Shown here piece after piece: positions 20,649 to 30,041 of a stretch of DNA of 64,000 bases (the first letter of the stretch is position 1; each line of letters opens with the position of its first letter). The position numbers and the translations under genes are program-made. Origin of the DNA: a bacterium. Lineage in GTDB: Bacteria > Zhuqueibacterota > Zhuqueibacteria > Residuimicrobiales > Krinioviventaceae. The stretch lies in assembly GCA_963675755.2 (NCBI GenBank), contig CAXXMD010000002.1, positions 384,001-448,000 of the forward strand, given 5' to 3'. The notes beneath the pieces are model-generated. The model made no database searches. It was not told where the DNA came from and worked only from the letters and a program-made list of their open reading frames with translations.

Positions 20649-23558
20649 ATGCTTAAAAAAGAATTGTATAGAGTTGTATTTTTTACAATTTTATTAATTA
20701 CTTACAGCTTTTCTCAAAGCGCAAGTGTTTTGCCATCAAGCACTAATAATTCAAAAGGAATTCAATCATTTAATTTTAATGGCTACAGTCTTGATGATGG
20801 TGGAACTGTTGTCAATGACAGCGAAATATGTGGGGTCTGGACAAAAGATAATTCACCCTATTATATAACAAACAATATTTCTATTAAAGAAGATTCTAGC
20901 CTGATAATAGAGGCAGGTGTTACTGTTTTATTTGATGGACCATATACATTACTTGTTGATAAAAATTGTCAATTATTGGCAAAAGGAATAGAGTCTGATA
21001 CAATAAAATTTGTTTCTGTAAATCAAACAGATGAATGGGCCGGTATAAAATTCTTTTATAGCAGTAACGATGATTCACTTTTATTCTGTAAATTTTCGGA
21101 TTTTAAAAATGATATTGCTGCAGGTGGAGTTTTTTTTATCAGTAATAGCTCTACATTTTTTAAAAACTGTTTGTTTGAAAATAATCATGCACAATTAGGA
21201 GGTGCTGTTTATTTTACACAAAGTTCACCAGAGTTCAGACAGGCACAGTTTATAAATAATACCGCAATTCATGGTGGAGCTGTATATTCACATAATTCTA
21301 CTTCTGATTTTTTCCAGTCTTTATTTGTTTATAATGTTGCAACAAAAGATGGAGCGGCTATTTTTGCCAAAATTTCAAATCTTAATTTAAATAATGTAAC
21401 TGTTAGTGATAATTTAACTGATGAAAAAGCAGGGGCATTACATTTTATTGGTCTTGGAAAAGCAATTGTACAAAATTCAATTTTTTCTTCAAATTTTGAT
21501 GATCGGGGTAACGGACCATATCATATTTCATTACAGGATCGCTATGCAGAGGGGAAAAGTACAGTTGAATTAATATTTAATTGTTTTGATTCTATAGATG
21601 ATGATGCGATTTATCCTGGTTATTATCTTACAGGTCAACCAGAGAATTATGTGATCTGGGGAAACGGAAATGTTGCTACTGACCCTTTGTTTGTGGATCC
21701 TGATCAAAATGATTTTCATTTGCAATCAGAATCACCATGTATAGATGCTGGTGACCCGGATACTAAATTCCTTGACGAGCCTTTCCCGCATGGCTTTTGT
21801 ATCAATTTGGGTGCATATGGTGGAACAAAAGAAGCAACTGAACAGCATCATCCTAGATTAATGTCTTTTCCTAATAAAATATCAAAAACATTATTGTCAA
21901 ATTCATATAGAAATAAAATGAAGATTGAAATTGTGAACGGTAGTGACAAACTCGTCAAAGTAACTGATATAGCATTATCGGACAGTACTTTTCTAAAGAT
22001 CATGGGGCTGAATGAACAATTTTTACAGAATGCAGAATATGTCTTGTCTCCGGGAGTTACAGATGCTTTTAATCTGGTGATTGATTTTGGTCAAATTGAA
22101 TTATTGGAATTGCACGAATCCATAAAAATTACGGTTGAAAATGGAGAGGATCTGATTATCCCTATTGATATTCAGTCAATTGCCGGAACAGGTATAGATA
22201 CTCCATTTGTAAGTGGTGTTTGGAGCCGTGAAAATAGTCCATATATAATCTATAATGATATTCAAATTTCTGAAAATGAGACATTAAAAATTGAGCCTGG
22301 TGTATCTGTTGTTTTTAATGGCGATTTTAATCTGACAATACCAGAAAATACACAACTGGTAGCTAACGGAACAGAATCAGATTCCATACGTTTTGTTGCA
22401 AAAAATGATGATTCCGGATGGCAGGGACTGTATTTTTCAAAAACCAGTAACAATGATACATTAAAATATTGTCATATTTCCGGTATTCAAATTCTTAAAA
22501 ACAGTTATTCCTATCAAATTGGTGCAATAACAATAAAACAATCTAGTCCTGTTATTAATCATTGTTTGATAACCAATAATGATATCATGAAAAATGCTGA
22601 TTTAATAAATATCAGCAACAGTAACGCATTAATAAAATATACAACTATAACATCCAATTCTAATATTGAAAATGTATTTGCGCTAATCAATTCCAGTCAT
22701 GTTATTCTTGATCATATTCTTTTATTTCAAAATTCTTGTAAATCCATTTTCAATACTGATGAAGCTGATTTTGAATTGATCAATTCAGTAGTATATGGCA
22801 ATTCATTGGTTGGCAGTTTGACAAATAACCAGAAACAATTCCGTTATTATAAATCGAATACCATTTTAAATTCAATTATTTATAATAATCCTGATGTGTT
22901 TGTTTTCAATACTCAATATCTTGATACTTTGACAGTAAATTATTCTGCTCTGGATCTGGATGCAACGAGTTTGAAATACCAGGGAAATCAATCCGGAATG
23001 ATTAGAAATATAGTAGATTGGGGGATTGGTAATTTAAATTCTGACCCAAAATTTGTTAACCCCAATAATGGTAACTTTATTCTAAATCCTGCCTCCCCCT
23101 GTGTTGACGCTGGTGATCCTGCTATTGAATATCAGGATATTAATGATCCTGCAAATCATGGTAAAGCTTGTTTACCTGCCAAAGGAACAGCACGTAATGA
23201 TATGGGATATTATGGTGGAAATCCTGAATTTGATTTTACAACTGCAATTGATGATGCAGATCAATTAACAATACCTGAACAATTCGCTTTAATGCAAAAT
23301 TATCCCAATCCCTTTAATGGAAACACATTAATAGAATTTCATTTACCGGTTTCAGGAAACGTTAAAATTTCTGTTTATAATATTCAGGGGCAAAAAGTAA
23401 AAACGATTACTGAATCACGTTATTCCAGTGGAGTCCATACATTACTTTGGGATGGGACCAGCGATAACAGTACCCTGGTTTCGTCGGGTATATATTTATA
23501 CCGGATATTGCTTGATGATCATCAATCCATCACAAAGCGGTTGGTGTTTTTAAAATAA
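20649..23558 (+). CDS. Secreted right-handed beta-helix repeat protein with canonical CTD; protease-less paralog of 14964-20522
   Basis: Two GVW...SPY.I...IE(A/P)GV modules; EPFPHGFCINLGAYGGT; GTARNDMGYYGG; CTD ending QSITKRLVFLK. Start ATG 20649 after GGGGAG. Confidence 0.8.
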   Translation: MLKKELYRVVFFTILLITYSFSQSASVLPSSTNNSKGIQSFNFNGYSLDDGGTVVNDSEICGVWTKDNSPYYITNNISIKEDSSLIIEAGVTVLFDGPYTLLVDKNCQLLAKGIESDTIKFVSVNQTDEWAGIKFFYSSNDDSLLFCKFSDFKNDIAAGGVFFISNSSTFFKNCLFENNHAQLGGAVYFTQSSPEFRQAQFINNTAIHGGAVYSHNSTSDFFQSLFVYNVATKDGAAIFAKISNLNLNNVTVSDNLTDEKAGALHFIGLGKAIVQNSIFSSNFDDRGNGPYHISLQDRYAEGKSTVELIFNCFDSIDDDAIYPGYYLTGQPENYVIWGNGNVATDPLFVDPDQNDFHLQSESPCIDAGDPDTKFLDEPFPHGFCINLGAYGGTKEATEQHHPRLMSFPNKISKTLLSNSYRNKMKIEIVNGSDKLVKVTDIALSDSTFLKIMGLNEQFLQNAEYVLSPGVTDAFNLVIDFGQIELLELHESIKITVENGEDLIIPIDIQSIAGTGIDTPFVSGVWSRENSPYIIYNDIQISENETLKIEPGVSVVFNGDFNLTIPENTQLVANGTESDSIRFVAKNDDSGWQGLYFSKTSNNDTLKYCHISGIQILKNSYSYQIGAITIKQSSPVINHCLITNNDIMKNADLINISNSNALIKYTTITSNSNIENVFALINSSHVILDHILLFQNSCKSIFNTDEADFELINSVVYGNSLVGSLTNNQKQFRYYKSNTILNSIIYNNPDVFVFNTQYLDTLTVNYSALDLDATSLKYQGNQSGMIRNIVDWGIGNLNSDPKFVNPNNGNFILNPASPCVDAGDPAIEYQDINDPANHGKACLPAKGTARNDMGYYGGNPEFDFTTAIDDADQLTIPEQFALMQNYPNPFNGNTLIEFHLPVSGNVKISVYNIQGQKVKTITESRYSSGVHTLLWDGTSDNSTLVSSGIYLYRILLDDHQSITKRLVFLK

Positions 23559-23593
23559 ATGCTTACACTCTGGAGTCAATTTGAGAGGAAGAG

Positions 23594-24880
23594 ATGAAAG
23601 CCCTAAAATATATTATTCTATTTTTAGTTATTCTATCTACTCAAGGTATTTCCAATACCCTAAAAGCGGGAACTGCTTCTGAAAAATTGACTCCACCTCT
23701 GGAAATGCAATTTGCCCTTGGTGGTTATGGAGCCCGGATGAGCAATCCAGCCGAAGCAGTACATGATGACATTTGGGTAAAATCATTAGTCATTAGTGAA
23801 GAGGATAAAGAATTTGCGCTCGTAACATTGGATATTCTTGCCTTGCCTCCAAATGTTAAATCTCAGGTCATAGATGCTTTGGGTTCATCCCGTTGGTCAA
23901 TGGAAAATGTTTTGCTGCTGCCCAGCCATTCTCATACAAGCCTGGATATGACCGCGTTGAATGATAAAAATATTCTCAACAGTCCACAAATTGGTATTTA
24001 TCAACCAGAACTATTAAAATTTGTTACTGATGTTATCGTAAATTGTATCAAAAGTGCCGGTAGTGAATTGCAACCTGTCAAGGTTGGTACGGGGAGGGTG
24101 CAACTGGATGGTTTGAATCGAAACCGACGCCATGATGAAATGATTGACCATGATCTGACTGTTACACGTATCGACCTGTTAAATGGTAATCCTCTTGCGG
24201 TGCTGGTAAACTGGACTGCTCATCCCACATTTATGGATGAGAATGATATGTGGGTATCAGCCGGATGGCCTGGTTATTTGCAGCGTGAACTGGAAGCATG
24301 GATAGGACAGGGTGTTACAGCAATGTATTACAATGGCGCCCAGGGTGATTTGTCTCCTGTTGAAAAATTTGGATCAAGTCATTATGAAAAGGCTGAACGA
24401 TATGGAAGAACCATTGCAAAGCATGCTTTTCAATTACATCAATCCATTGATACACGTGCAGATATCATTTTTGATTATAATGCTCAAACGCTCTTGCTGC
24501 CTGAACGTATTGCCCATCCCAAGTTTGCTCAAACAGGAGGGGAAGAATATGCTATTGATGATCAGGTTATGAAAATCATATTGGATATCATGAGTCCTGA
24601 AAAAGTGGTTATCAATTCTTTACGTCTTGGGGATTTAATTATTGCAGGTACACCTGGTGAATTAATTTGTGAAATGGGTTTAAAAGTAAAATCCAAATTA
24701 CAGAATAAAGTCAAATATCCTGTTATTGGTGGTTTGGCAAATGAATGGATTAGCTACATTCTAAGCGAAACGGAATATCATCAGGCCGGTTATGAAACCA
24801 GTGTAAGTTTTTATGGACCTTTTCTTGGTGATATTATTGTCAATGCAATGATCAAAAGTTCTCTTCAATTAACAAAATGA
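23594..24880 (+). CDS. Neutral/alkaline ceramidase N-terminal-domain family protein, secreted
   Basis: LGGYGAR, HDDIWVKSL, SHSHTS, NWTAHPT, GAQGDLSP, PGE, GLANEWISYI. Confidence 0.8.
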   Translation: MKALKYIILFLVILSTQGISNTLKAGTASEKLTPPLEMQFALGGYGARMSNPAEAVHDDIWVKSLVISEEDKEFALVTLDILALPPNVKSQVIDALGSSRWSMENVLLLPSHSHTSLDMTALNDKNILNSPQIGIYQPELLKFVTDVIVNCIKSAGSELQPVKVGTGRVQLDGLNRNRRHDEMIDHDLTVTRIDLLNGNPLAVLVNWTAHPTFMDENDMWVSAGWPGYLQRELEAWIGQGVTAMYYNGAQGDLSPVEKFGSSHYEKAERYGRTIAKHAFQLHQSIDTRADIIFDYNAQTLLLPERIAHPKFAQTGGEEYAIDDQVMKIILDIMSPEKVVINSLRLGDLIIAGTPGELICEMGLKVKSKLQNKVKYPVIGGLANEWISYILSETEYHQAGYETSVSFYGPFLGDIIVNAMIKSSLQLTK

Positions 24881-25080
24881 GATAATTTGCTGAAATTGAT
24901 CTTATTTTTAACTTGCTTTTTAAGATTGTAGCAATTATTTTTTATTTACATACCTTTGAAATAGATTATGACTCTGCCTGCTGAATTCTTTTCCGGACCG
25001 ACTTGATCCTTACTATAGATACCGATTATAAATTTACATCATGATTTTTGAAATTTGTTATTTAAAATATAAATAATGAT

Positions 25081-27129
25081 GTGATCATGAATCCGGTTCC
25101 CGTAGTTACGACCATAGAACACAAGTGTAAGCGCTGTTATTCATGCGTGCGGAATTGCCCTGCCAAAGCTATCAAAGTTGAAAACGGTCAAGCCAAGGTT
25201 ATGGCTGAACGATGTATAGCTTGTGGATATTGTGTTCGTGTTTGTTCACAAAATGCAAAAAAGATTCGGGATGATCTAACACCTACCTTAGAATTTTTGA
25301 ATCAAGATACACCAGTAGTTGCCATTTTGGCACCTTCTTTTCCTGCGGCTTTTCCTGATAATAATCCGGATACTATTATTGCTGCATTAGCTAAAGCAGG
25401 CTTTTCAAAAATTTTTCCTGTCGCATTGGGGGCAGACATTGTAAGCTATGAATATCAATTACTATATCAATCCCAAATAATGCCAGTTATTATTTCGTCA
25501 CCTTGTCCTGCAATTGTGAATTATATAGAGAAATATGACCCTGCATTGACGTTATGCTTAGCTCCAATTGTATCTCCCATGATTGCTACCGGTCGATTTT
25601 TAAAACAAGCCATGGGAGAGTCAATACGTATTGTATTTATCGGTCCATGTATAGCCAAGAAAAAGGAAATGACAGACAAGAATGTGTCCGGAGTAATTGA
25701 TGCAGTATTGACATTTGAAGAAGTGAAAAAAATGTTCGAATATAAACATATTGAACCTGAAAAATTATCCTCTCGAGATTTTGATGGACCTGATGTGAAT
25801 TGGGGAAGACTGTTTCCTGTTTCAGGTGGATTGCTTAAAAGTGCAGATCTACAATTTGATATTATGGATAATGATGTTATCATTACAGAAGGCCGGGACA
25901 GGGTTATGGAAATACTTCAAAAATCATCCAATGGCGAAATTGAAGCCAAATTCCTTGACCTTTTATTTTGTGAAGGATGTATAAACGGGCCCAAGATTGA
26001 TTCTCCACTTTCCGTATTTGTAAAAAAAGACAAGATTGTAAATTATATCAAAACAAGGGAGAATAAAAAGAGTTTTAAAAATTTCACTTATCCCATTGAC
26101 TGTAAACGCAGGTTCAGTAACGATTATCAGCAAATGCCTGCACCTACTCAAAAAGAAATTCAAAATATTTTATATTTCACAGGAAAACGAACGTCAAATG
26201 ATGAATTAAACTGTGGAGCATGTGGATATAATTCATGTCGTGAAAAAGCAATTGCCGTTTTTCAGGGACTTGCAGAAGCTGAAATGTGTTTGCCATTTCT
26301 TGTAGAAAAACTTGAAACGATACAGCGAAAGCTGGAAACCAATAACAAAGAACTCAATTCATCCATTGAAGCACTAAAACGTACTCAGGAGCAGCTTGTG
26401 CAATCTGAAAAGATGGCCTCTGTAGGACAACTTGCAGCGGGAGTAGCTCATGAATTGAACAATCCACTGGGTGGCATTATGGTTTTTGCAAACTTGTTGC
26501 TTGAGCAAAAAGACCAAAATGATCCCGATCGTTCTGATTTGGCTAGAATTATTCATGAAGCTGAGCGATGTAAAGCAATTATCTATGGATTGCTTGATTT
26601 TTCACGACAATCACATTTGCAAGCTGCTATTGTAAATTTGAATAAAATTATTCTCAGTACGTTAGATTTGGTAAAACACCAATCATTATTTCAAAAGATA
26701 GATATAAAGATAGAACTTGAACCCACAATAGGACAAATTTTTGCTGATGTGGGACTTTTGCAGCAAATATTTTTAAACATTATCTTTAATGCAGCAGAGG
26801 CAATGGAAGGGGAAGGGTGTTTCCTGGTTTCATCATGTATGAGTAATGATCATAAATACGTAATTGCAGAATTCTCTGACACGGGTCCAGGAATGTCTAA
26901 CGATATTGTTAAACGAATTTTTGATCCCTTTTTTACCACAAAACCCCCCGGCCAGGGAACCGGTTTGGGATTATCCATGTGCTATAGTATTATAAAGCGT
27001 CATAAAGGGGAAATCAAAGTGTCCAGCAAAGTGGGAGAGGGCACAACAATTACTATTCAATTACCCAATTCAATAGAAATTGAAAAAGATATTACAGAAT
27101 TATATCCTCACAAAATTTATTCTCTTTAA
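25081..27129 (+). CDS. Sensory (group C-type) [FeFe]-hydrogenase domain fused to a histidine kinase
   Basis: 2x[4Fe-4S] (CKRCYSCVRNCP, CIACGYCVRVC); H-cluster motifs SSPCPAIV, GPCIAKKKE, LLFCEGCING; FeS domain NCGACGYNSC..EAEMC; H-box AGVAHELNNPL; N, G1 (DTGPGM), F (IFDPFFTTK), G2 (GTGLGLS) boxes. Start may be ATG 25087. Confidence 0.9.
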   Translation: MIMNPVPVVTTIEHKCKRCYSCVRNCPAKAIKVENGQAKVMAERCIACGYCVRVCSQNAKKIRDDLTPTLEFLNQDTPVVAILAPSFPAAFPDNNPDTIIAALAKAGFSKIFPVALGADIVSYEYQLLYQSQIMPVIISSPCPAIVNYIEKYDPALTLCLAPIVSPMIATGRFLKQAMGESIRIVFIGPCIAKKKEMTDKNVSGVIDAVLTFEEVKKMFEYKHIEPEKLSSRDFDGPDVNWGRLFPVSGGLLKSADLQFDIMDNDVIITEGRDRVMEILQKSSNGEIEAKFLDLLFCEGCINGPKIDSPLSVFVKKDKIVNYIKTRENKKSFKNFTYPIDCKRRFSNDYQQMPAPTQKEIQNILYFTGKRTSNDELNCGACGYNSCREKAIAVFQGLAEAEMCLPFLVEKLETIQRKLETNNKELNSSIEALKRTQEQLVQSEKMASVGQLAAGVAHELNNPLGGIMVFANLLLEQKDQNDPDRSDLARIIHEAERCKAIIYGLLDFSRQSHLQAAIVNLNKIILSTLDLVKHQSLFQKIDIKIELEPTIGQIFADVGLLQQIFLNIIFNAAEAMEGEGCFLVSSCMSNDHKYVIAEFSDTGPGMSNDIVKRIFDPFFTTKPPGQGTGLGLSMCYSIIKRHKGEIKVSSKVGEGTTITIQLPNSIEIEKDITELYPHKIYSL

Positions 27130-27181
27130 TACATCTTTAAATACACTTTTATGTCTTTAAATTTCAATATTTTGAATTTAT

Positions 27182-27199
27182 CTGTGAAAAAAATCACAA
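27182..27199. promoter_or_regulatory. Rex (NADH/NAD+ sensor) operator-like site 1
   Basis: CTGTGAA-AAAA-ATCACAA versus consensus TTGTGAA-N4-TTCACAA (2 mismatches). Confidence 0.7.
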
Positions 27200-27215
27200 A
27201 TTTTGCAAAAAAAAC

Positions 27216-27244
27216 TTGCTTTTTTAATATTGATTTCTTATTAT
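27216..27244 (+). promoter_or_regulatory. Sigma70-type promoter of the hydrogenase operon
   Basis: TTGCTT-N17-TATTAT, lying between the two Rex-like boxes. Confidence 0.6.
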
Positions 27245-27253
27245 TTATTAGAG

Positions 27254-27271
27254 TTGTGAAAAAAGTTACAA
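27254..27271. promoter_or_regulatory. Rex operator-like site 2
   Basis: TTGTGAA-AAAA-GTTACAA (2 mismatches), just downstream of the predicted +1. Confidence 0.7.
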
Positions 27272-27655
27272 CTTGTCCTTTCTTATTCTAACACTCTACT
27301 ATTACTTTTGGGGCCACGGTCAACCATCCTCAAGTTTTGGCCCATTCCAATACTTTTGACTTGTGTTTATTGCTAAAGCACAGAATGGATATCTATTGTT
27401 GGAACGGATCTGATCGGTATTTAAAAAAATCACTACTATGATTTTGATTATTGTATTTCGATCTTGAGCCACTATTATGCTTTGAGGATTGTTGATGCGA
27501 TTTAATTTGAATTCTATTCGGGAAAATAGTTTTACAACACACCGGTTGAAATTGATTCCGGTTTTCTGGGTTTCTCACATTCAGTACTTTTTAAATCTTT
27601 TTCGTGATTTAATTTTGAGGTCTTTAGCCTTTGTAATTTTATTGGAGGCAATAAA

Positions 27656-28723
27656 ATGATTGTAAATGCTGATGATTTTGTCAGGTTTTTAAAAACTTGT
27701 CAGAAATCAAAAACGTTAGGTTACGAACAGGTTATTGTACCTGTTGTATCTGCTAATCCTAAAAACAAAGAACTTGTATTCTCTCCTGTCGATACTGAAC
27801 GCACTATTGAACTCGATACAACCCGAACTATCGATCCTTTAAAAAATTTGTTTTATGTCCCTCGTGAAAAAATTTATCCGACTGATTTCAAAAATTCTAA
27901 ACGTATTATCGCTGGTGTCAAAGCATGCGATTTAAAAGCCTTATCTATACTCGATAAAGCATTATTGTTAGATAATTTTGTTGATCCTTCTTTTGAACAT
28001 TGGCGCAATAATACATTGATTATTTCTACTGATTGTACAGAACCCTCACCTGCATGTCATTGTACTTTGATGGATGGTTCTCCATATCCTAACGCAGGTT
28101 TTGATATAAATCTGTCAAGGGTTTTGGGGAATTATCATATCAGTATTGGTACTGAAAAAGGTAAACAATTCGTAGAACATATGGCTATGGAAGTAGAGAT
28201 TGTTGATGCTATACCTGATGTTAAAGATCAGGTTGAAGCAAATCGAAATAAAATGGAAAGATTAATTGACCAGCTTAACCAGGATTTTGTACGAACTACT
28301 GATTATGAAGAAATCCAACATGACAGTATTAATGTTTGGCAGCAAAGATCAAAGGCCTGTGTTGGTTGTGGTGCATGTACCAATATCTGTCCTACCTGTT
28401 ATTGTCTTATATTAAATGACGAGTCAAAAGCTGAGCAGTTTATCAAAGTCAGATCACAGGATTCTTGTCAGCTTAATGGTTATGCTCGTGTCGCAGGAGG
28501 AGGGACTCCACGTCCTCAAATGTTTTCAAGATTCAGAAATCGATATCTGTGCAAGCTGTTATTTATGAAATCAAATTTTGGTGAAATTGGCTGTACCGGT
28601 TGTGGACGATGTACTGAAGCTTGCCCTGCTCAGATTGATTATCGTGAAGTTGTCGAAAATATTGGCCATGAAAGAGAATTTGAAAAAATCGTTCAGGATA
28701 AATCAGAGGGAGATGAATTATGA
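27656..28723 (+). CDS. AsrA/HydB (sulfhydrogenase beta)-like 4Fe-4S protein
   Basis: GVKACD, CHC, CVGCGACTNICPTCYC, RFRNRY, GCTGCGRCTEACP. Confidence 0.88.
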   Translation: MIVNADDFVRFLKTCQKSKTLGYEQVIVPVVSANPKNKELVFSPVDTERTIELDTTRTIDPLKNLFYVPREKIYPTDFKNSKRIIAGVKACDLKALSILDKALLLDNFVDPSFEHWRNNTLIISTDCTEPSPACHCTLMDGSPYPNAGFDINLSRVLGNYHISIGTEKGKQFVEHMAMEVEIVDAIPDVKDQVEANRNKMERLIDQLNQDFVRTTDYEEIQHDSINVWQQRSKACVGCGACTNICPTCYCLILNDESKAEQFIKVRSQDSCQLNGYARVAGGGTPRPQMFSRFRNRYLCKLLFMKSNFGEIGCTGCGRCTEACPAQIDYREVVENIGHEREFEKIVQDKSEGDEL

Positions 28724-29541
28724 GTAATCCGTATGAGGTTATCCCGGCTGTTGTCTATGATGTGATACAAGAGTCTCCACTCATTCGGACATTAAGGGTA
28801 AAACCTGAAAAAGCAATCCCTTTTAAAACCGGTCAATTTATTGAATTGTCCATTCCTGGTATTGGTGAGGGGCCCTTTACACCATCTTCATCACATTATA
28901 TTGATAAAGAAATGGACATTACAATAATGAAAACCGGCTTTGTTACTGAATATGTACATCAGGCCCAGATAGGAGATCGTGTAGGTTTACGGGGGCCATA
29001 TGGTTCCAGCTATCCGTTAGATAAATTTGAAAACAAAGATCTGCTCATTCTGGGTGGTGGTTGTGGTTTAGCACCTTTACGATCTCTTTTTCTTACATTA
29101 CTGCATGACGTTGAACGATACAAGAGTATTACATTTTTTGCAGGAGCCAAAACCCCACAGGACTGCATTTACAAAGATTCTGTAACTGAATGGAACAAAT
29201 ATGATAATGTTCGATTTGTTCGTTCGGTTGATGTTGTGCCGGATGGAGAGGACTGGGACGAAAATGTAGGTTTGGTTACTACTTTGTTAGAACAACTCGA
29301 TTTAACACCGGATGGAAATCCTGCAGTTGTGTGTGGACCTCCAATTATGATGCGTTTTGGTACAATGGATTTATTGAATTATGGCTTTAAAGAAGAAAAT
29401 ATCTATTTATCGATGGAAAAGAAAATGTATTGTGGTTTTGGACAGTGTCGTCATTGTGTAATGGGTGGTTATTATGCCTGCAAAGATGGCCCTGTATTTT
29501 CTTATGCTGATATAAAGAATGAGGAGGATATTTGGGAATGA
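28720..29541 (+). CDS. AsrB/HydG (sulfhydrogenase gamma, PyrK-like) FAD/NAD(P)-binding [2Fe-2S] protein
   Basis: FKTGQF, RGPYG, GGGCGLAP, VCGPPIMM, EKKMYCGFGQCRHC...CKDGPVF. Confidence 0.9.
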   Translation: MSNPYEVIPAVVYDVIQESPLIRTLRVKPEKAIPFKTGQFIELSIPGIGEGPFTPSSSHYIDKEMDITIMKTGFVTEYVHQAQIGDRVGLRGPYGSSYPLDKFENKDLLILGGGCGLAPLRSLFLTLLHDVERYKSITFFAGAKTPQDCIYKDSVTEWNKYDNVRFVRSVDVVPDGEDWDENVGLVTTLLEQLDLTPDGNPAVVCGPPIMMRFGTMDLLNYGFKEENIYLSMEKKMYCGFGQCRHCVMGGYYACKDGPVFSYADIKNEEDIWE

Positions 29542-30041
29542 AACGTCTGTTTATTGATGTGCCCGGCCTGTTGGATGCCAATGTCCCGGCAGAGTCTATT
29601 GATTGTGAATACATGTTTCATCGCTATAATCATGGTGCATTTTCATTACTGGAAGTTGCTGAATTTGCATCTTATTGCCGGCAATGTACCGAATCATTTT
29701 GTGTGAATGCTTGTCCTGTTGAAGCACTTGAACGCCAACCCGCAGGAACAATAAAACGTTTCAATATGAGATGCGTTGGCTGTAAAAGTTGCATTCTGGC
29801 ATGTCCTTTTGGTACTATATTCCCCGAAGTTATTAATTACATAAAAGCAAGATGTGATTACTGTTTAAACCAGTTAGAGGCTGATCCCAATTATCAACCG
29901 GCATGTGTCAAGTCAGCTCCACATGATACTTTTGTAATGAAAGAGATTGAAAAAGAAAATCCAAAAGAACATGTCTATCTATACGGAGATCATCTGGCTG
30001 TTAAAAGTCCTAGCTGGCGCCACAAGGAGGGATTGGTATGA
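29538..30041 (+). CDS. 4Fe-4S dicluster electron-transfer subunit (HycB/HydN-like)
   Basis: CRQC..FCVNACP, CVGCKSCILACPFG, CDYC, PACV; ATG overlaps the upstream TGA. Confidence 0.85.
   Translation: MKRLFIDVPGLLDANVPAESIDCEYMFHRYNHGAFSLLEVAEFASYCRQCTESFCVNACPVEALERQPAGTIKRFNMRCVGCKSCILACPFGTIFPEVINYIKARCDYCLNQLEADPNYQPACVKSAPHDTFVMKEIEKENPKEHVYLYGDHLAVKSPSWRHKEGLV

Noticed and set aside
27393-27578. 61-aa minus-strand ORF, and an 18-codon plus-strand ORF near 27385, in the hydrogenase leader
   Set aside because: No clear RBS or recognisable motif; treated as non-coding.
27656-29541. Anaerobic sulfite reductase asrAB
   Set aside because: No siroheme AsrC follows; the genes are translationally coupled to hydrogenase subunits.
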